Assembly: GCF_052425735.1 (NCBI RefSeq)
Contig: NC_135770.1
Span: 17,112,001 to 17,176,000 of the forward strand
Direction of reading: 5' to 3'
DNA from: Oculina patagonica
Lineage: Eukaryota
Length of the DNA: 64,000 nt
The position numbers and the translations under genes were made by a program. Shown here piece by piece: positions 14,201 to 26,320 of the stretch (position 1 is the first letter of the stretch; the number at the start of each line of letters is the position of its first letter). Under the pieces are notes generated by a model. It ran no database searches and was not told where the DNA came from. It was given only the letters and a program-made list of their open reading frames with translations.

Positions 14201-17200
14201 TTCTTCAATACCCATGGAATAACTGGCAATTTGAACGTCTTGATCTTCGGATGTTTCCCTTAGGAAGCTACCAGGAAGTTCCAGATCGTCTATGTCCAGT
14301 GAAACATCTTTAGCAGGGTACTCCATTTCTGAAACAGGTCTGTCTGAGGAAACACCTTCTGCGCTGTGGATAGACAGCCTGTCTCCTTTCTCAGCCTTTG
14401 ACTCCACCTTGGAGCTGAATGCAACGGCGTCGACAACAAAGCTGATGAAATGTTTCAGAAATCCATCCAATCCAAAACGAACTATGATCTGAGACAGAAA
14501 GGTTTGCTTCGTGATAACCTCGTAAATATCCAGCGCGTGTGAGTCGAACAGGCTTAGCAGGCATTTCAAGAATGTCTTCACCGTGTTCTTTGGTCCAAGA
14601 GCTTGTGCTAGCATATCAAACAGCTGCGTGCAGGCGTGAAGCCGTGTCTGTACACAGGTGAATAATGGCTCCAAGTGATACAGTAGCAGCTTGATGCCTT
14701 CGTCGTCTACAATGGAAAGCAAATCAGGAAGGAAGGACGCAGCTATGTCGACTTGTTCCAAAGTGTACCCAGCTTCATTTCGCAAGAATATGAAACTGTC
14801 TTGTAATTTGGATTTGAGAGTGTTCCCGTCTACTTTTCTACCGGAGTGATATAACGCTGCCAGGAACTGATGCAACGCACTGAAATATGAAGGAAAAGGG
14901 AACAAGCCAAGGTGAGGCTGCAGCAGCAGATCAGCTGTCAGAGGAGGAAGCCATTCATCATGGGAAACCGTGTCATCTTCAGTGGACAAACACTCTCCTT
15001 TGAAAAGGGCCTGGACGGCAGCACGAACATACCTAATGAAGACAAAACAAGGGCAATTTCATGTTTGCACTATGGCAGCCCAAAATAAAAATTAAAATGA
15101 TTTGTGCCGCGTCGGCAGCTAAGTGAAATGCTAAGTCGTTATCAGCTTGAAGACGATTAAGGTAAACTAACCGCCATAGTGTTTGGAAAAGTTGACGTTT
15201 CGAGCATTAGCGCTACAGTTCCCGCCAAAACTGGCGCCTATAAATGTCCGTTTTGTACAATGTACGCTGAATGTGCATTGAAAATAAACAATTGTTTTCC
15301 ACCTAGCTAGTTAATCAGCTCATAATTTGGTTTGTCATATTCTCGTCCCCAGGGCTGCCTGTCCCTCTTAGCTGGCGAGACTTTGGCACGAGAAACAGGT
15401 GACTGTCTAGATTTTTTAACAAAGGAAAATTAAAAACTAGCTAATCAAATCCACCGTTTTACAAAAAGGTATCAAACGGTTGGTTTGATTGGCTAGATTT
15501 TAAACACCCTTTGTTGAAATCTAGTCAATCAAATCTTGTGTGTCCAAAACCACTTGCTTCTCGTGCAAAGGCCCCGCCGACTAAAAGAGACGGGCGCTCT
15601 CGGAACGAGAATGGGTATGTCGTGCTCTTTTATAGCGTCTTCTTCCACAAGTCTTGCACATTTTCGCTTCCAACTCTTTCAAACTTTCAGCAACGAAATC
15701 TGGAAGCCGTGGCGTTAGATTTTTTGTCTTTGATGGCTGTGAACGTTTGAACGGCTACATGACAATTTTTGGCTTGTTAAGTTTAGGCAATTCTTTAGTT
15801 AGTAGTATCCAACACTTGCTAACAGAATGTCTTCGGTTCATTTTACAAACCTGGGAAGATGCTTGCTGTTTGTTTCACAAAGTTTGATAATGGCTCTTTC
15901 TCTGTGTTTTCCTGTCAGACCACACGTGGATAGTTGAACTTTTCCTGGCATAAGCATCTCCACTATTGCACACCCTACGCTTATCATGTCTGCTTGAACC
16001 AGTTTCCCAAAAGTGGTCTTCTCCTTAGACTGTTGGTAAGAAGAGAAAAAATAAAATAAACGGTGACCAAAAGAAACAATCTGTAGCACTTTTTTGCACT
16101 CTTTGATGGTTGACACAATATTTCCAAGCCCAGTGATCAATGTTCAATTTCTCCTAACAGTATCAATATCTTTTCAAGCAAGCCGGTAACGAGAAGACAG
16201 AAAACCATCAACTGGAGGTATTGTCTTGATGTAATAACAAATTCTCAAAATTGACATTCAAGGAAAGGTATATGAATCATTAAGGAGAATTTGTCGAGTC
16301 TGACAAGAACAGATTGTTTTCTTTCCGTTGGGTATCAGCAAGTGTGAAGACTAATTTTGGGATTTGCCGTTTTCCCCAGAAGATTGTAAAATAACTGTTA
16401 AGAGCTGACAACTGTAAAAGCAGTAAGCGCTTAAGAAAACCCTTGTTCATTTGGGTGCCTTTGCACTAGCGGCATTATCCAATTTTCGTGATTTTCATCT
16501 ACGACCTTTTGATAAATGAGGGGTAGTTGTAAACAGTCTGGTTTCCTTGTGCAGTTGGAAACGTGTCACCACTTAAGGCCATTAACCCAAATGCACATAA
16601 AATGACACACAAATTACGGAGCAACCTTAACAATAACAGTCGGGAGTTTTCCTGAACTTTCCAACCTCAATGCTGACAACGTTGCTAGCATATACACATA
16701 CTGTAATGCATACATGTACAATGGTCTTACCTTTCCTCCTTTACCACCAATCGCTTCACTTCTGGGGCCAAATTGGTTCTTGAACTTTTCAAGCGCTTCA
16801 AACCTTTCCAACATTTCCAGCGGGTTGTAATTCGGTGGAATGAATATTGGCTCAAACTGTGCGCCTTTTGAGCCTTCATCTTCATTGATGGCTTCTTTTC
16901 CCGGCACTGCTGCCGGCTTGTTGTTGTGTTCTGGTCCATTATCTACTGCCTTCGGCTGGTGACCGAGAAGGAAATCACTCTCATGGACACTCTCGACAGA
17001 CATAACAGAGTCCTCTAGTATGGAAGATTTCTCCGCCATGTGGTCACTGTCTAAATGAACCAAGCTTCGTATGACTTTGCCATCTACGAGTTCACGAACT
17101 CCTCGTCCAAGGAACAAAGTGCTCGTGTGTGGCAAACAAGGTTGCGCTCGCTCTGGGTGAGGCTCTGTAAAGAGTTGCACAACGCCATGGTTGCTCAACG

Positions 17201-20200
17201 ACTGGTGTTTGTCGATGAGATGGAGGTACACGTTCTTCGCCTTCACGGCTGCTTTACCAGCAAGCTTGTATCCGAAAGTCAAGTCAATCCAGTGATGCAA
17301 ATTACCAGACACTGCCTCGCTTTCTAACACACATCTATGCCATTCAATAAACTCCTCTGCAGAATTTGTCCATGGCGGCAGCTCCAAATCGGGAAGGTCT
17401 TCGTGCACAGATTCAAAAATAGTTGCATCAGAAAAGAACTGTGGAATGCATTCATCTGGCGTCCAATGGTACAACCTTTCCATACTGGATGGGTACTCAT
17501 TTGCAACCCAGTTAGTCCTCACATGATCACAAAGAACTGATTTAGGAGTTCTTCGCGCCAGATATACATGGTATGTAATGTCGGACAGCACATCCGACAC
17601 ATGGTGAGGAGGAGCCCCTTCCTGGCTGTCCAGTAAGGCAGCTTTGTACGTCACATCAAGCTGTCTGTCTCCTTTGTTCAGGCGAAATTTAGACTTTTTC
17701 AAGTCTCTATATCCACCATCTCGAACAGAGAAGTCTGTCACCCATGGAAACACTGGATGGTAATTGGGATCGCCAAGCCGACGACCCACTAAGAAGTTCA
17801 GTGCCATTAGGTAATCAAAGTTGCTAATTGTTCCATGCACCCATAACTCAACAAGATTGGGTAAATCGTCTCTAGTGTATTTAGAAACCAGTGATCTATT
17901 TACGTTGAATTGTGGCGCTGTGACAGCTTTACCGCGAGATACAACGTCAACTTCAGATAACGAAAGCTCTGAATGGCAAGTGCGAAAAAAGTCAGGTGAT
18001 TTAAGGTAAATCCACAACCCTTTACTGACTTTAATTTTGTGAAGGGTTAATGCACCGTGCGCTAGTCCACGGCTGTGGTACCAATGAAGGGCATGAAGAA
18101 GCTCGTAAATCATAAACAATGGCCTCATGTGCGATCCAGACAAAACCGACGGGCTAAATGTTACCATGTTATGAAGACTGTACTGAAAGTACGGTTCGAT
18201 AAGAAAGTACGCAGAGTTTCCTTCCAGAGCGCAAACAAATGGAACAACATTCTGTTTCATTATCAGTGATAATAATGACCCCTCTGACTCCTCTTTAAAA
18301 TCATCAAATGCATCCCGTTCAGCTGTTGACTCAAAATTACCGTGCTCTGAACTCTCTGAATCTGGAAACAGTTTTCTTGCTGACAGACCATATGCTTGTA
18401 ATAGCATTTCGTCAAGAACATTCTGCAAGGATACACATTCTAATTAATTCTATTAAATATTTAAGTTAGTTTGGTAGTGTGAAAGCTGTTTTTGTGTGTC
18501 CAAACATTTTAAAATCTGGGGCTAAGCCTATGTGCAAAAAAGTTAATTTTTCGAATGTAGGAGTACACATAGAACATACTGATAGAAGCTGGGGACTTGA
18601 AGATGTCCATTACCACAAAATAAATTATTTTAAAAACTTGGGGCTTTGCACTTGTGCTGTACGAATATAGTAAAAGAAATAATACCTCAGTTTTTATGTT
18701 TTTACTCTCAAATAAAAAAGAAAGGGTCACACTGCAGCAAGTCATCTCTACCATCTTGGGAGTGGTCATAGATAAGTATGACATGCTATAATAATTATCA
18801 CAGTAGCCATGATTGGGCTCCATGGCACCATAAAGACATAAGGCCTCCAGAACAAACATGAAACCTGAGTTTTACAGTGCAATCCTGATTTCAGTCTTGA
18901 ACCTCCTGATAACTTTAACCAAAAGCCAATCCACTTTGCTCAGTTGAACTATGCAATTCTCCCTACCCACCCATATACCTGCCAACTTTTTCTCGGTCAA
19001 AGACGTGAGATTTTTATCCTGAGAGTGCCAGGATTTCCAAAGATGATATGACCATGTCCGACGATTTCCAAAGATGATACGACCACATCCAGTGCTTGGA
19101 TGTGTTTTGCTATAAAACACGACCTTGTCCTAATGTTTTTCTTGTCAAAACTCTGAGATTTCGGGGAATGAATTGTCATTTACTCATTTTACATGGAGTT
19201 TTTGTTTCTCACATTGGTTTGAGTTTACATATTTTTGGAAAGTGTGTCGGTTATTGTTGTAATAACTCACATTTTTCGACTAGGCGTGAGAAATTGGTTT
19301 GTAAGCTTAAGCGTGAGTTGGCGTGAGATTTGGCAGGTAAACACCCACCCCCGCCCTGTTCCTGATTTCTCAAACCAATTTTCATTTCCCTTGGAGGTTC
19401 AATAAATCGGAATTCCACTATATTCCTTAAATAGCTCTGCATACATGCACACCAGAGTTACCCTCTGGAAACCACTTAATTTTGTTTCCTGAGAATCTCA
19501 ACGTTTCAGGAGGTGGTTTCCCTCAGGACCAGTCAGTAAATATCAAATGTAAAGCGTTACCTTGTCTGATTCCTTCCTTATTGGAGCAGGCAGGACACAG
19601 TGTGCTGCAAGAGGGTAACTGTCCAAAGCACTGTCCCAGCTGTGTTGGAAATTATGGACACCCACGCTCTGCATGAGCTCAGCAAATGACAGGACACTTG
19701 ATTTACCTCCATTATCCACTGCACTTCCAAAAGCATTAGGAAAGCTGAAATTATTTTTAACATTTAATTGGATATTGGAAGGCAGTTGACAGTGGGATAT
19801 TAAAATTAATGATCAGAGTGTTGGACCTTGAACCAAGTGATCTGAATTTACTTGTTATTCCTTGCTACCCTGGTAGCTTTTCTCCAAGTAAATGGTACTG
19901 GTGAATTGTTAGGGTCACCTGACAAAACTTATGTTGCGGGGGGGGGGGGGGAACCTGACACAGACAAGCACCCACACACAGGGGTCAGGGGGTTATTCAG
20001 GGTTCTCAAAACAAGCTGGCAACTGCCGGCAACAATGTGCTTCACAAAAGGGGAGGGTCAGGAGAATGTTAACATGGCCTCCCTCATTTGCACAAGCTCC
20101 CCTACCCCTCTAAATAATGACTGGTCCCTAGGAAAAGCTTCATGTACTTGATGCCCAATTGAACCTTTTTGAGAGCTGCACAAAGCTCTGAAGTAAAAGC

Positions 20201-23200
20201 TAGTGCAGCCTATATGAATCCAAATATGGACATCAATATCCCAAGATGAAGACTGATTTTATTACGGTAATTGTAACATGGGTGCTTTCTTGCAATAAGG
20301 GTACCTTTAAAAAGGGAGGGCACTTATGAGAGGAGTTTTCATTTTGTTACTCTCTGTGATTGGTTTAGAAAACTAAAGCCCTCTGCTCCTCTGAGCATTT
20401 GCAAAACAAAAATCAATTCTGACAAAGAGTTGCTTGTGTTTTTCCACACATGGCACAAGTTATGTGTATTTCCTTGCATTCCCATTGGATCATTGCATTG
20501 TGTACATTTGTTGTTACTGGTAAACATTATTCAGTTTCGTTTTTACAACACTCAGTTAAAAAGTGCTCTAGGGAAAGTTATTTAAACCCTTTTTTCAAAC
20601 CAAGTGACTCAAAAAATTGCTGCTTAAATCTAGTTTCCGTCCTTGTAAACAGTCGCTTTGTCAGGTTGCCTGAACAATTTACCAGTAGCTACATTCATCC
20701 ATCATGCCGGCACAGTAAGAACGTGCACAAACAATTAGTGCAAGTGAGGTTACACCCGCTTTCAGTGTTATGTGTATAGCGCTACCTTTTGACATGCTAA
20801 ACAAACAAGATGGTTTGAATTCCCCCAATCACAGTCCACCAGGCATGACCTTCTGAACTTGTGGGTCATTTGCAAGAAACAAGCACAGGTATTCATTGGT
20901 TTTGATTGAGGGCCTCCCAGGAGGGGTCCAGGTTCCCTTGTTCCCAACAAAATTTTCCTTGTATTCCATGTTCCTTGAAAGTATTTCTTCGATTTTAGTG
21001 TTCCCTGTTCCCTCAAAAATAATATGCTTTTGTTCATGTGTCCCCAGTTTTACTTTTCTTTTGCTCCCATGTTCCCAAAGAGTTAATGGCCATGTTCACT
21101 TGTTCTCGAAACCCCTGGGGAGCCTCTTGATTGGCTCATTTTCAAACAGCACGTCGAAAGACAATGTTGAAAAATGGATGTCGAATAGCCGCTGTGCACA
21201 TAACACTGAAAGCCGGTGCATTTGCTACAGAATGAGATTAACCTTTTCCTTAATGGAGCCTTCCTGATTGGCTTCTTGATAACCTGGATGCTGATTCGGA
21301 TCCAAGGGGCAGCTGGTTCAGGGTGTGACGGCTGCAAAATGAGCTGATGTTCATAGGGGCTCCACGGTGACACATGTCCAGGTTCCTCATGAGATGGGAC
21401 CCCTGCTGTGTGCCTCTGAAGCCAGCCCTCGTGAACCTGAAAACAAAGTTCATAGGTTCAAGATCCTTCTAAAGAAGTATATGTTGTGGTTTAATTTTAT
21501 ATTTGGTTTAAATTTTTTTAAACCAGTTTGATTTTTATTTCCCGGCCATTGTCTCATATTCATTATTATAATCTGGAACAAAGAGAAATGAAAATCAAAC
21601 TGGTTTGAAAAATTTTAAACCAAAGATAAAATTAAATCATAATATATGTACACTGTATGCAATCTATGCATCTAAAAGAAAACAAACAAGATTTAAGATT
21701 TATCTTGTTCTTTTATAGGTAATAGTGGGGAAGATGAGGTAGCCTAATGGTTAGTGTGCTAGACTCCGGATTGGGCAGTCTGGGTTCAAGCCCTGGCGAG
21801 GTCAATGTGTTGTGTTTTTGGGCAAGACACTAATTACTCTTACAGTGCCTCTCTCCACCCAGGGGTCACCTTGTTATAGAACAGCATCCCATCCAAAGGG
21901 AGTAGTGATACATGTACTCCTTGTCACGTTATGCTACTAAAACCGGGATATGTACTAGGCTTGAATGCAGCATCCCCCCCAATTACCTCAGTTTATAGGT
22001 AATAGTAAATTACATAGTACACTCAGGATCATTATTTTGTACTCTTGGACAAGACACTTTACTTTCACACCGTGCCTCACTTCAACCAAGAGTACAGATG
22101 GGGTAATAGTAAACTAGGGCAAACTGCAGAAGTGATGAAATGTTATGTGAGGGGGAGGGTGAAGTGGACAAGTGGTTAGGCAATTGGTTTCAGTGGTATC
22201 TATCTATGGTCTTTAAGAGTGCAGACCATGGAAAAATGTGGACTGTTTGTTTTATACAATAATATTGAAAATTTCCCAGTGAATTACATGGAAAATCAGT
22301 GTAAAGTTGCACGTACAGTATGTGTGACAGCTCATAAGATCAGAGTATTCCTACAAAAACCATGACTGTGTAAGAAATTCTGCCCACAACTTGCTAGGTC
22401 TGTTTTGGAAACGTCACAGGTTTCCTGAAATTTGCCTTACATTGCATTACAGGTTACATCATTTTCATGGTCTTTACTCTCATCAACCAAAGCTCTTGAC
22501 CAATAAGAGTATGAGAATTTTCTTGGTTATTGTAGCAAGAATCCTAGCCCCTAGGAGTCACTTCCATGGGTGATGTGCTTGCACTGATTAGCCATTTTTC
22601 TCTTCCAGACCACTGGATTACTGTCTAGTCCAACAGCCTGCCCTTGACAAAGTCTGAGAGGCATCAAGGGGTAACATGGGAACTGGGATTTGGGCAAATT
22701 TTCACTGGGAAAATGGAATTTGGGTCACTGGGACTGAGAATCACAAACAAACAAAGAATAGAACTGGGAATGATATTTGAAAAATCAGGAAAACAGTAGG
22801 CTGGGAAATGGGATTTGGGCAAAATTTGTGCTGGTAATTGGGACTTTATACCCCCCCCCCCCTTTCAGGACTCTCAAGTCTGTGTGACTGGTATTCTCAT
22901 AATTTTTCCAAAATCGACAGATGGCTCAGATGTAACCAAGAATGGTTTCCATCCAAGGAATTTGATACCATCATAAAATGGGTTCACAGACTTAGATCTT
23001 ACATTGGCCTCATGGTAAAGATTATTATTGCATCATGAAGAAATCCACGTTCACGATATTCACAATTTATTGCTTTGAAATTAAATTTTAAACTTTGCTG
23101 AAGAAACTGAAAGTATAAGTCATTTATCAGTTTTGCCCCTCTCTTATTCTATAGAAACATGTACAAAATGTGCCCTCTAAAAATGGCTTAGATGTTAAAA

Positions 23201-23632
23201 AAGTCCTAAAACTAACTTATATATATAAATCTGGCAACGTAAGCTTAAATAAGCTTAAAACTTTCAACACAAAATGAGTTCCAATCAACAGCTGACACCG
23301 TTTTAGTAAAACGAAATAATCTCACGTTTTTGCTCGATTTATTTCTAGTACATTATCATTGTGGCTGGCTCGACATAAGCTAACAGAGTCATTCTCCAAA
23401 CTACACACAAAACGAAATAATTTTTCACGGAAGAGAAATCTCAAGATATTGTTAAGCCTTAATACGTTCCACGACAGATCACGTCAAATTACGAGCTATT
23501 GTACTTTGTACCTACCAAACAGCAAACACGACTGTCACTTTCGTCAAAGCAGGATCGAACACATGATCTATCGATGCCAAGTTCCTCCACAACTAATCTG
23601 CATGCTTCCTCTGGACTTAATCTCTTCTCCAT
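5085..23632 (-). CDS. WDR81: WD repeat-containing protein 81 (BEACH + C-terminal WD40), 17 coding exons, ~2130 aa
   Basis: Exons 23516-23632, 21243-21436, 19561-19744, 16731-18422, 15851-16029, 12947-15032, 12126-12576, 11025-11490, 10691-10758, 10090-10152, 9212-9435, 8562-8692, 7673-7737, 7121-7260, 6431-6527, 6050-6156, 5085-5213. All introns GT-AG with consistent phases; total 6393 nt. BEACH motifs (NFDYLMALNFLVGRRLGDPNYHPVFPW, WTPDECIPQFF, HHWIDLTFGYKL) and WDR81-type WD40 ([52 protein letters not shown]). Confidence 0.95.
5601..5896 (+). mobile_element. Full-length tRNA-derived SINE with CORE-like central domain
   Basis: A box GGTGGCCTAATGGTTAGCGCG, B box GGTTCGAGGCC, core TTCTTGGGCAAGACACTTTACTCTCACAGTGCCTCTCTCCACCCAGG, tail GACTTTAC; perfect 45-bp flanking duplication 5556-5600 / 5897-5941. 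Confidence 0.9.
6050..6156 (-). CDS. WDR81: WDR81 exon 16 (PSDPLPSLLVWRDQVISASISGRIGVH)
   Basis: GT-AG bounded. Confidence 0.87.
6431..6527 (-). CDS. WDR81: WDR81 exon 15 (VKAFSSTSFVTSSVDSGLSLWK)
   Basis: GT-AG bounded WD40 repeat. Confidence 0.87.
7121..7260 (-). CDS. WDR81: WDR81 exon 14 (VRDVCCSPDGRWIAFGFSTG...AHTGDILQ)
   Basis: GT-AG bounded WD40 repeat. Confidence 0.88.
7673..7737 (-). CDS. WDR81: WDR81 exon 13 (FLDVRQNSFVTEWKV)
   Basis: GT-AG bounded, phase 2/1 bridges exons 12 and 14. Confidence 0.85.
7925..8062 (-). mobile_element. Degenerate SINE fragment (same family as 5601-5896)
   Basis: Reverse complement contains ATGGTTAGTGCG, CTCTCTCCACCCAGTTGTATAAA, GCAAATTTGATGCTGGGGGTAACCCTG. 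Confidence 0.65.
8425..8533. repeat. (GTTC/GTGC)n microsatellite between 38-bp direct repeats
   Basis: Visible tetranucleotide array; flanks 8387-8424 and 8534-8571 match at 35/38. Confidence 0.9.
8562..8692 (-). CDS. WDR81: WDR81 exon 12 (LWDPVSGRCLG...LPAPSQCVVAATTEGTAR)
   Basis: GT-AG bounded, WD40 continuation. Confidence 0.88.
9212..9435 (-). CDS. WDR81: WDR81 exon 11, WD40
   Basis: [30 protein letters not shown]...SCDGSLH|GTGAGT. Confidence 0.92.
9676..9785 (+). repeat. tRNA-like repeat fragment (pseudo-tRNA)
   Basis: GCTTCATAGCTCAGTTGGTAGAGC...GAGTTCGAATCTCC TTGAAGC followed by a T-run; anticodon arm decayed. Confidence 0.6.
10090..10152 (-). CDS. WDR81: WDR81 exon 10 (FSLQHVKLQTFT)
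   Basis: GT-AG bounded, phase 1/1, leads into the first WD repeat. Confidence 0.85.
10691..10758 (-). CDS. WDR81: WDR81 exon 9 (YLRGSWLTHWENQL)
   Basis: Matches the WDR81 G-x-W-L-x-x-W motif; GT-AG bounded. Confidence 0.85.
11025..11490 (-). CDS. WDR81: WDR81 exon 8
   Basis: ELCQTFSAAIAHHAFVPLCGIMG..LHNHDLIW; tttag acceptor, TT|GTAAGT donor. Confidence 0.85.
12126..12576 (-). CDS. WDR81: WDR81 exon 7
   Basis: EAALAGVLSLL...FPGGVSARQAIC; gttag acceptor, G|GTGCGT donor. Confidence 0.88.
12947..15032 (-). CDS. WDR81: WDR81 exon 6 (helical region + long acidic linker)
   Basis: 725-aa ORF with WLPPLTADLLLQP, WLAPRLGPVLTSKY, LYGEAFMLNQYLP; ACG|GTAAGT donor. Confidence 0.93.
15338..15613. mobile_element. 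MITE with ATTCTCGT..ACGAGAAT TIRs and imperfect 9-bp TSD
   Basis: TIR TATTCTCGTCCCCAG / CTCGGAACGAGAATG; flanks GGTTTGTCA / GGTATGTCG; a related short copy lies at ~9550-9630. Confidence 0.65.
15851..16029 (-). CDS. WDR81: WDR81 exon 5 (LVQADMISVGCAIVEML)
   Basis: Polypyrimidine-caacag acceptor, AG|GTTTGT donor. Confidence 0.85.
16731..18422 (-). CDS. WDR81: WDR81 exon 4, BEACH domain
   Basis: 604-aa ORF with BEACH motifs; ccttgcag acceptor, AAG|GTAAGA donor. Confidence 0.93.
18977..19339. mobile_element. MITE with TACCTGCCAA TIRs
   Basis: TACCTGCCAA ... TTGGCAGGTA, with subterminal CGTGAG repeats. Confidence 0.55.
19561..19744 (-). CDS. WDR81: WDR81 exon 3 (FAELMQSVGVHNFQHSWDSALDSY)
   Basis: tttcag acceptor, AAG|GTAACG donor, phase-compatible. 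Confidence 0.8.
20908..21126. mobile_element. MITE, GAG..CTC termini, 6-bp TSD TTGATT
   Basis: GAGGGCCTCCCAGG..CCCCTGGGGAGCCTC; TTGATT on both sides; internal TGTTCCC repeats. Confidence 0.75.
21243..21436 (-). CDS. WDR81: WDR81 exon 2 (VHEGWLQRH...PWIRISIQVIKKP)
   Basis: ttttcag acceptor, AG|GTTAAT donor, open frame. Confidence 0.8.
21727..21950 (+). mobile_element. Degenerate tRNA-derived SINE (family of 5601-5896)
   Basis: GGTAGCCTAATGGTTAGTGTG..GGTTCAAGCCC..TTGGGCAAGACAC..GTGCCTCTCTCCACCCAGG..AGCATCCCATCC. Confidence 0.75.
22656..22875. mobile_element. MITE, GAG..CTC termini, 6-bp TSD AAGTCT
   Basis: GAGAGGCATCAAGGGG..CCCCTTTCAGGACTCTC; AAGTCT on both sides; internal CTGGGA repeats. 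Confidence 0.72.
23516..23632 (-). CDS. WDR81: WDR81 coding exon 1 (MEKRLSPEEACRLVVEELGIDRSCVRS...)
   Basis: ATG at 23632, donor TTG|GTAGGT; resembles the WDR81 N-terminus; phase 0 fits exon 2. Confidence 0.75.
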
Positions 23633-25263
23633 AAAACAGAGAACAAATTAACACATTGTGCATGGAGAATAAAAACAACACGAAATCTGCGCTTTGAACA
23701 TGGCTACCATATCACTACGGTCGCCCCAGTCTCTTACGGAAATAAGTTGCCGAGGTCGTGATCCCAGTGCAAATTTAAGCACAGATATCGAAAATTTTAA
23801 ATGAAAATGAAACCCAGTGTAAGATGGAAGCTGCCCCTCAACAGTTTTGGTACAATCGTTTTCTTCAAACTACTAATTCGTCGTTGTTTTGCTCAAAAGA
23901 CAGATCCAGCATTAATTGGTGACTGTCACGCAACACCTTTCCTGAAAAATCTGTATTGTGTGACACAACTCATTGTATACTGTACTTGGTACATACTGCA
24001 ACTGGTAAATAATAAATATCTTTTCTATAAATTGTTCTTCAATTAAATGCTGATCAAGGGCAAAGAAAACTGTTTTGTGAGGTAATGAAATTATCATTTT
24101 ACTGATTACTTTTTTTTAATTATGCAAACTTCGTCAGTTGGCATAGTTTGACGTGACTTTTTCAATAGAGAGAACAGAATGTTTTTTTTTTATTAATTCA
24201 AAAAGAAAATGAATGGTTATAACTAGAAGTTTTTATTTTTTTACATTTTATCTGGGAAAATGGAAAAAGGGTATGGAATTTGCCAGCCTGGCAGTACCAC
24301 AGTAAGCTGCAATGGAGCTTGTATAGGTGGTTTTCACTGTCACGCCACTGTCACGGCGCGAAAAAATAGATCCAAAACTATTGAGTCAAAAAAATGAAGA
24401 ATATTACAGGTTGTAGAAAACTACTAAATAAACTTCTTGTCCCAGTCTAAGGTCAGTATGTTGTTCCGTACTCGAGTTATCCATCAAAATGTTTCACGCA
24501 AATTTAGAGAGCACAGTATGGAAACGCCATGTTGGAGTCCATCTGCTTGGGCTCCAACATGGCGGCCGGAAATCAAAGAAACATCTGGCATTAAATTCTG
24601 CTACAAACTTCGGTCAGATCACCATCATGAACAAGTAAACATTCACATAAACACTTCTCGCAAAACCTCAACTGTTCAGATTGTTAAGATAAGGCATTTT
24701 TTTAAGAGAACGTGACAGCCTTCTGGCGGCAATCTTTGATCTCTTGTGGCGTGAAACTCCGAAATTAAAAATGCTCTATCTTAAAGACCGCGAATGCTAT
24801 CGAGCTAAAAACCTTCAACAAGATATATATTAAGGACGTCTTATAGCCAGTAAAGGATAAAAACTCAGGGGTCTGGCGATTCTGGATTTTAGAATTTTGA
24901 TGACGTCACGTGAAAACCAAGAATTGTATCAGAGAGCTACAGCTGTAGTGTCACTGATCTGACTGAGTAATATCTTTCTAGACAGTCAAGAAGTTGTCAT
25001 CCTCCGATACCCACGGGCAGTTAGTGGGGCTGAGAGAAAGTCTATACTTTTCTTCACCATTTTTTTTTTACCATATAGACCTTCCTTCACCCCACTTACT
25101 GCCCCTGGGTATCTGAGGGGTTGTCAAAAAATGTCAGAAATGAGTTGTCAGAAATACAAACATATAAGATTAAAGATTCATAAAAGCAGGAAACTAAGTG
25201 TGAGGTATGAAAAAAAAAATCATTTAGTTTAAATTTGGCACATCATGGTAAGATTACTTCCAA

Positions 25264-25496
25264 GAGGCCCTGCCAGGGGGGGTTCCCGTGTCGCTTATCT
25301 AAATTTAAAAATGCGCCATGTCACTGTTTTATCAAACTTCGCATCACTGTTGGTAGCAAAATTGAAGGAAAATTTCTTGTCCTTGTCGGCATTTAAGTTC
25401 TTTCAAAAGGGTTGTCGTTTGTCGCGATTTTATTTCATGTGCTGTCGCTACTTTTTGGGCCATGTCGCTTGTTGGAATTTACCCTGGCAGGGCCTT
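25264..25496. mobile_element. MITE, GAGGCCCTGCCAGGG TIR, near-6-bp TSD
   Basis: GAGGCCCTGCCAGGG / CCCTGGCAGGGCCTT; flanks TTCCAA / CTCCAA; internal TGTCG repeats. Confidence 0.7.
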
Positions 25497-26320
25497 CTCC
25501 AAGTCTGGCAACAGAGAGGACTTCCTCAGTACATTATATACATGTACCTATTCTACTCAGATAAACACTTTCAAGAGTGAACTTATATTGTTTTCTTTAT
25601 ATATTGCTATGGCAACAGCTGCATGGTAAATTAGATATCACTGTGCTCAGTGCAACCAAACTCAACCCTCCATGCTCATCCCAGTGTTACAGCCCAGGGG
25701 GGGGGGGGTGTGTGCTCGGGATGTCATGTGACTGGGATGATCAATTTATAATCAAAAACTCAGGCATTGATAATGAACAGTGATCATTAAGAGATTGGTG
25801 AAGCAACTCTTATAAGTTGTCTTTTCTGCATAGAAAATCAGGACCAAATAACAAACAATTATCAGAGAAAGTACATACAATTTTTATTAGGTTTTTGTAT
25901 TGCTATGACATTAGGATGAAATGGTTCCTTGTGTGGGGATATCATGATATAAAGTACATGTAAAGAAATGTCTGATTACCCAGGTGGCAATCGTTGACTA
26001 AGAGCACCTAGGACACTTTAAAATACAGCATGGCATTCTATGATTTTTTCTGGGTCTACTTTCTCACATGTATCTTGGGTTGATTCTGATTCACCTAGGC
26101 CGTACTTTAAATTTGTGAAGCTGCAAAGGTTTACAACATGAAGACACCATGAATAACAACATGAAGGCTTCCACCTCTTATTGAACAGCACCCCTACGGG
26201 GCTACTCCCATATGTAAAAGATACGGATGCCTATTGGAAAGTTTGGCTACACATAATTAGTTCGAAGTACATGCAAGGTTATAAAGATGTCCATGTCTGA
26301 TAATTTAATGGTTACATAAG

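Noticed and set aside
23663-23710. Upstream ATGs as WDR81 start
   Set aside because: That frame closes with TAA after ~20 codons; the ATG at 23632 gives the homologous N-terminus (the upstream one could at most be a uORF)
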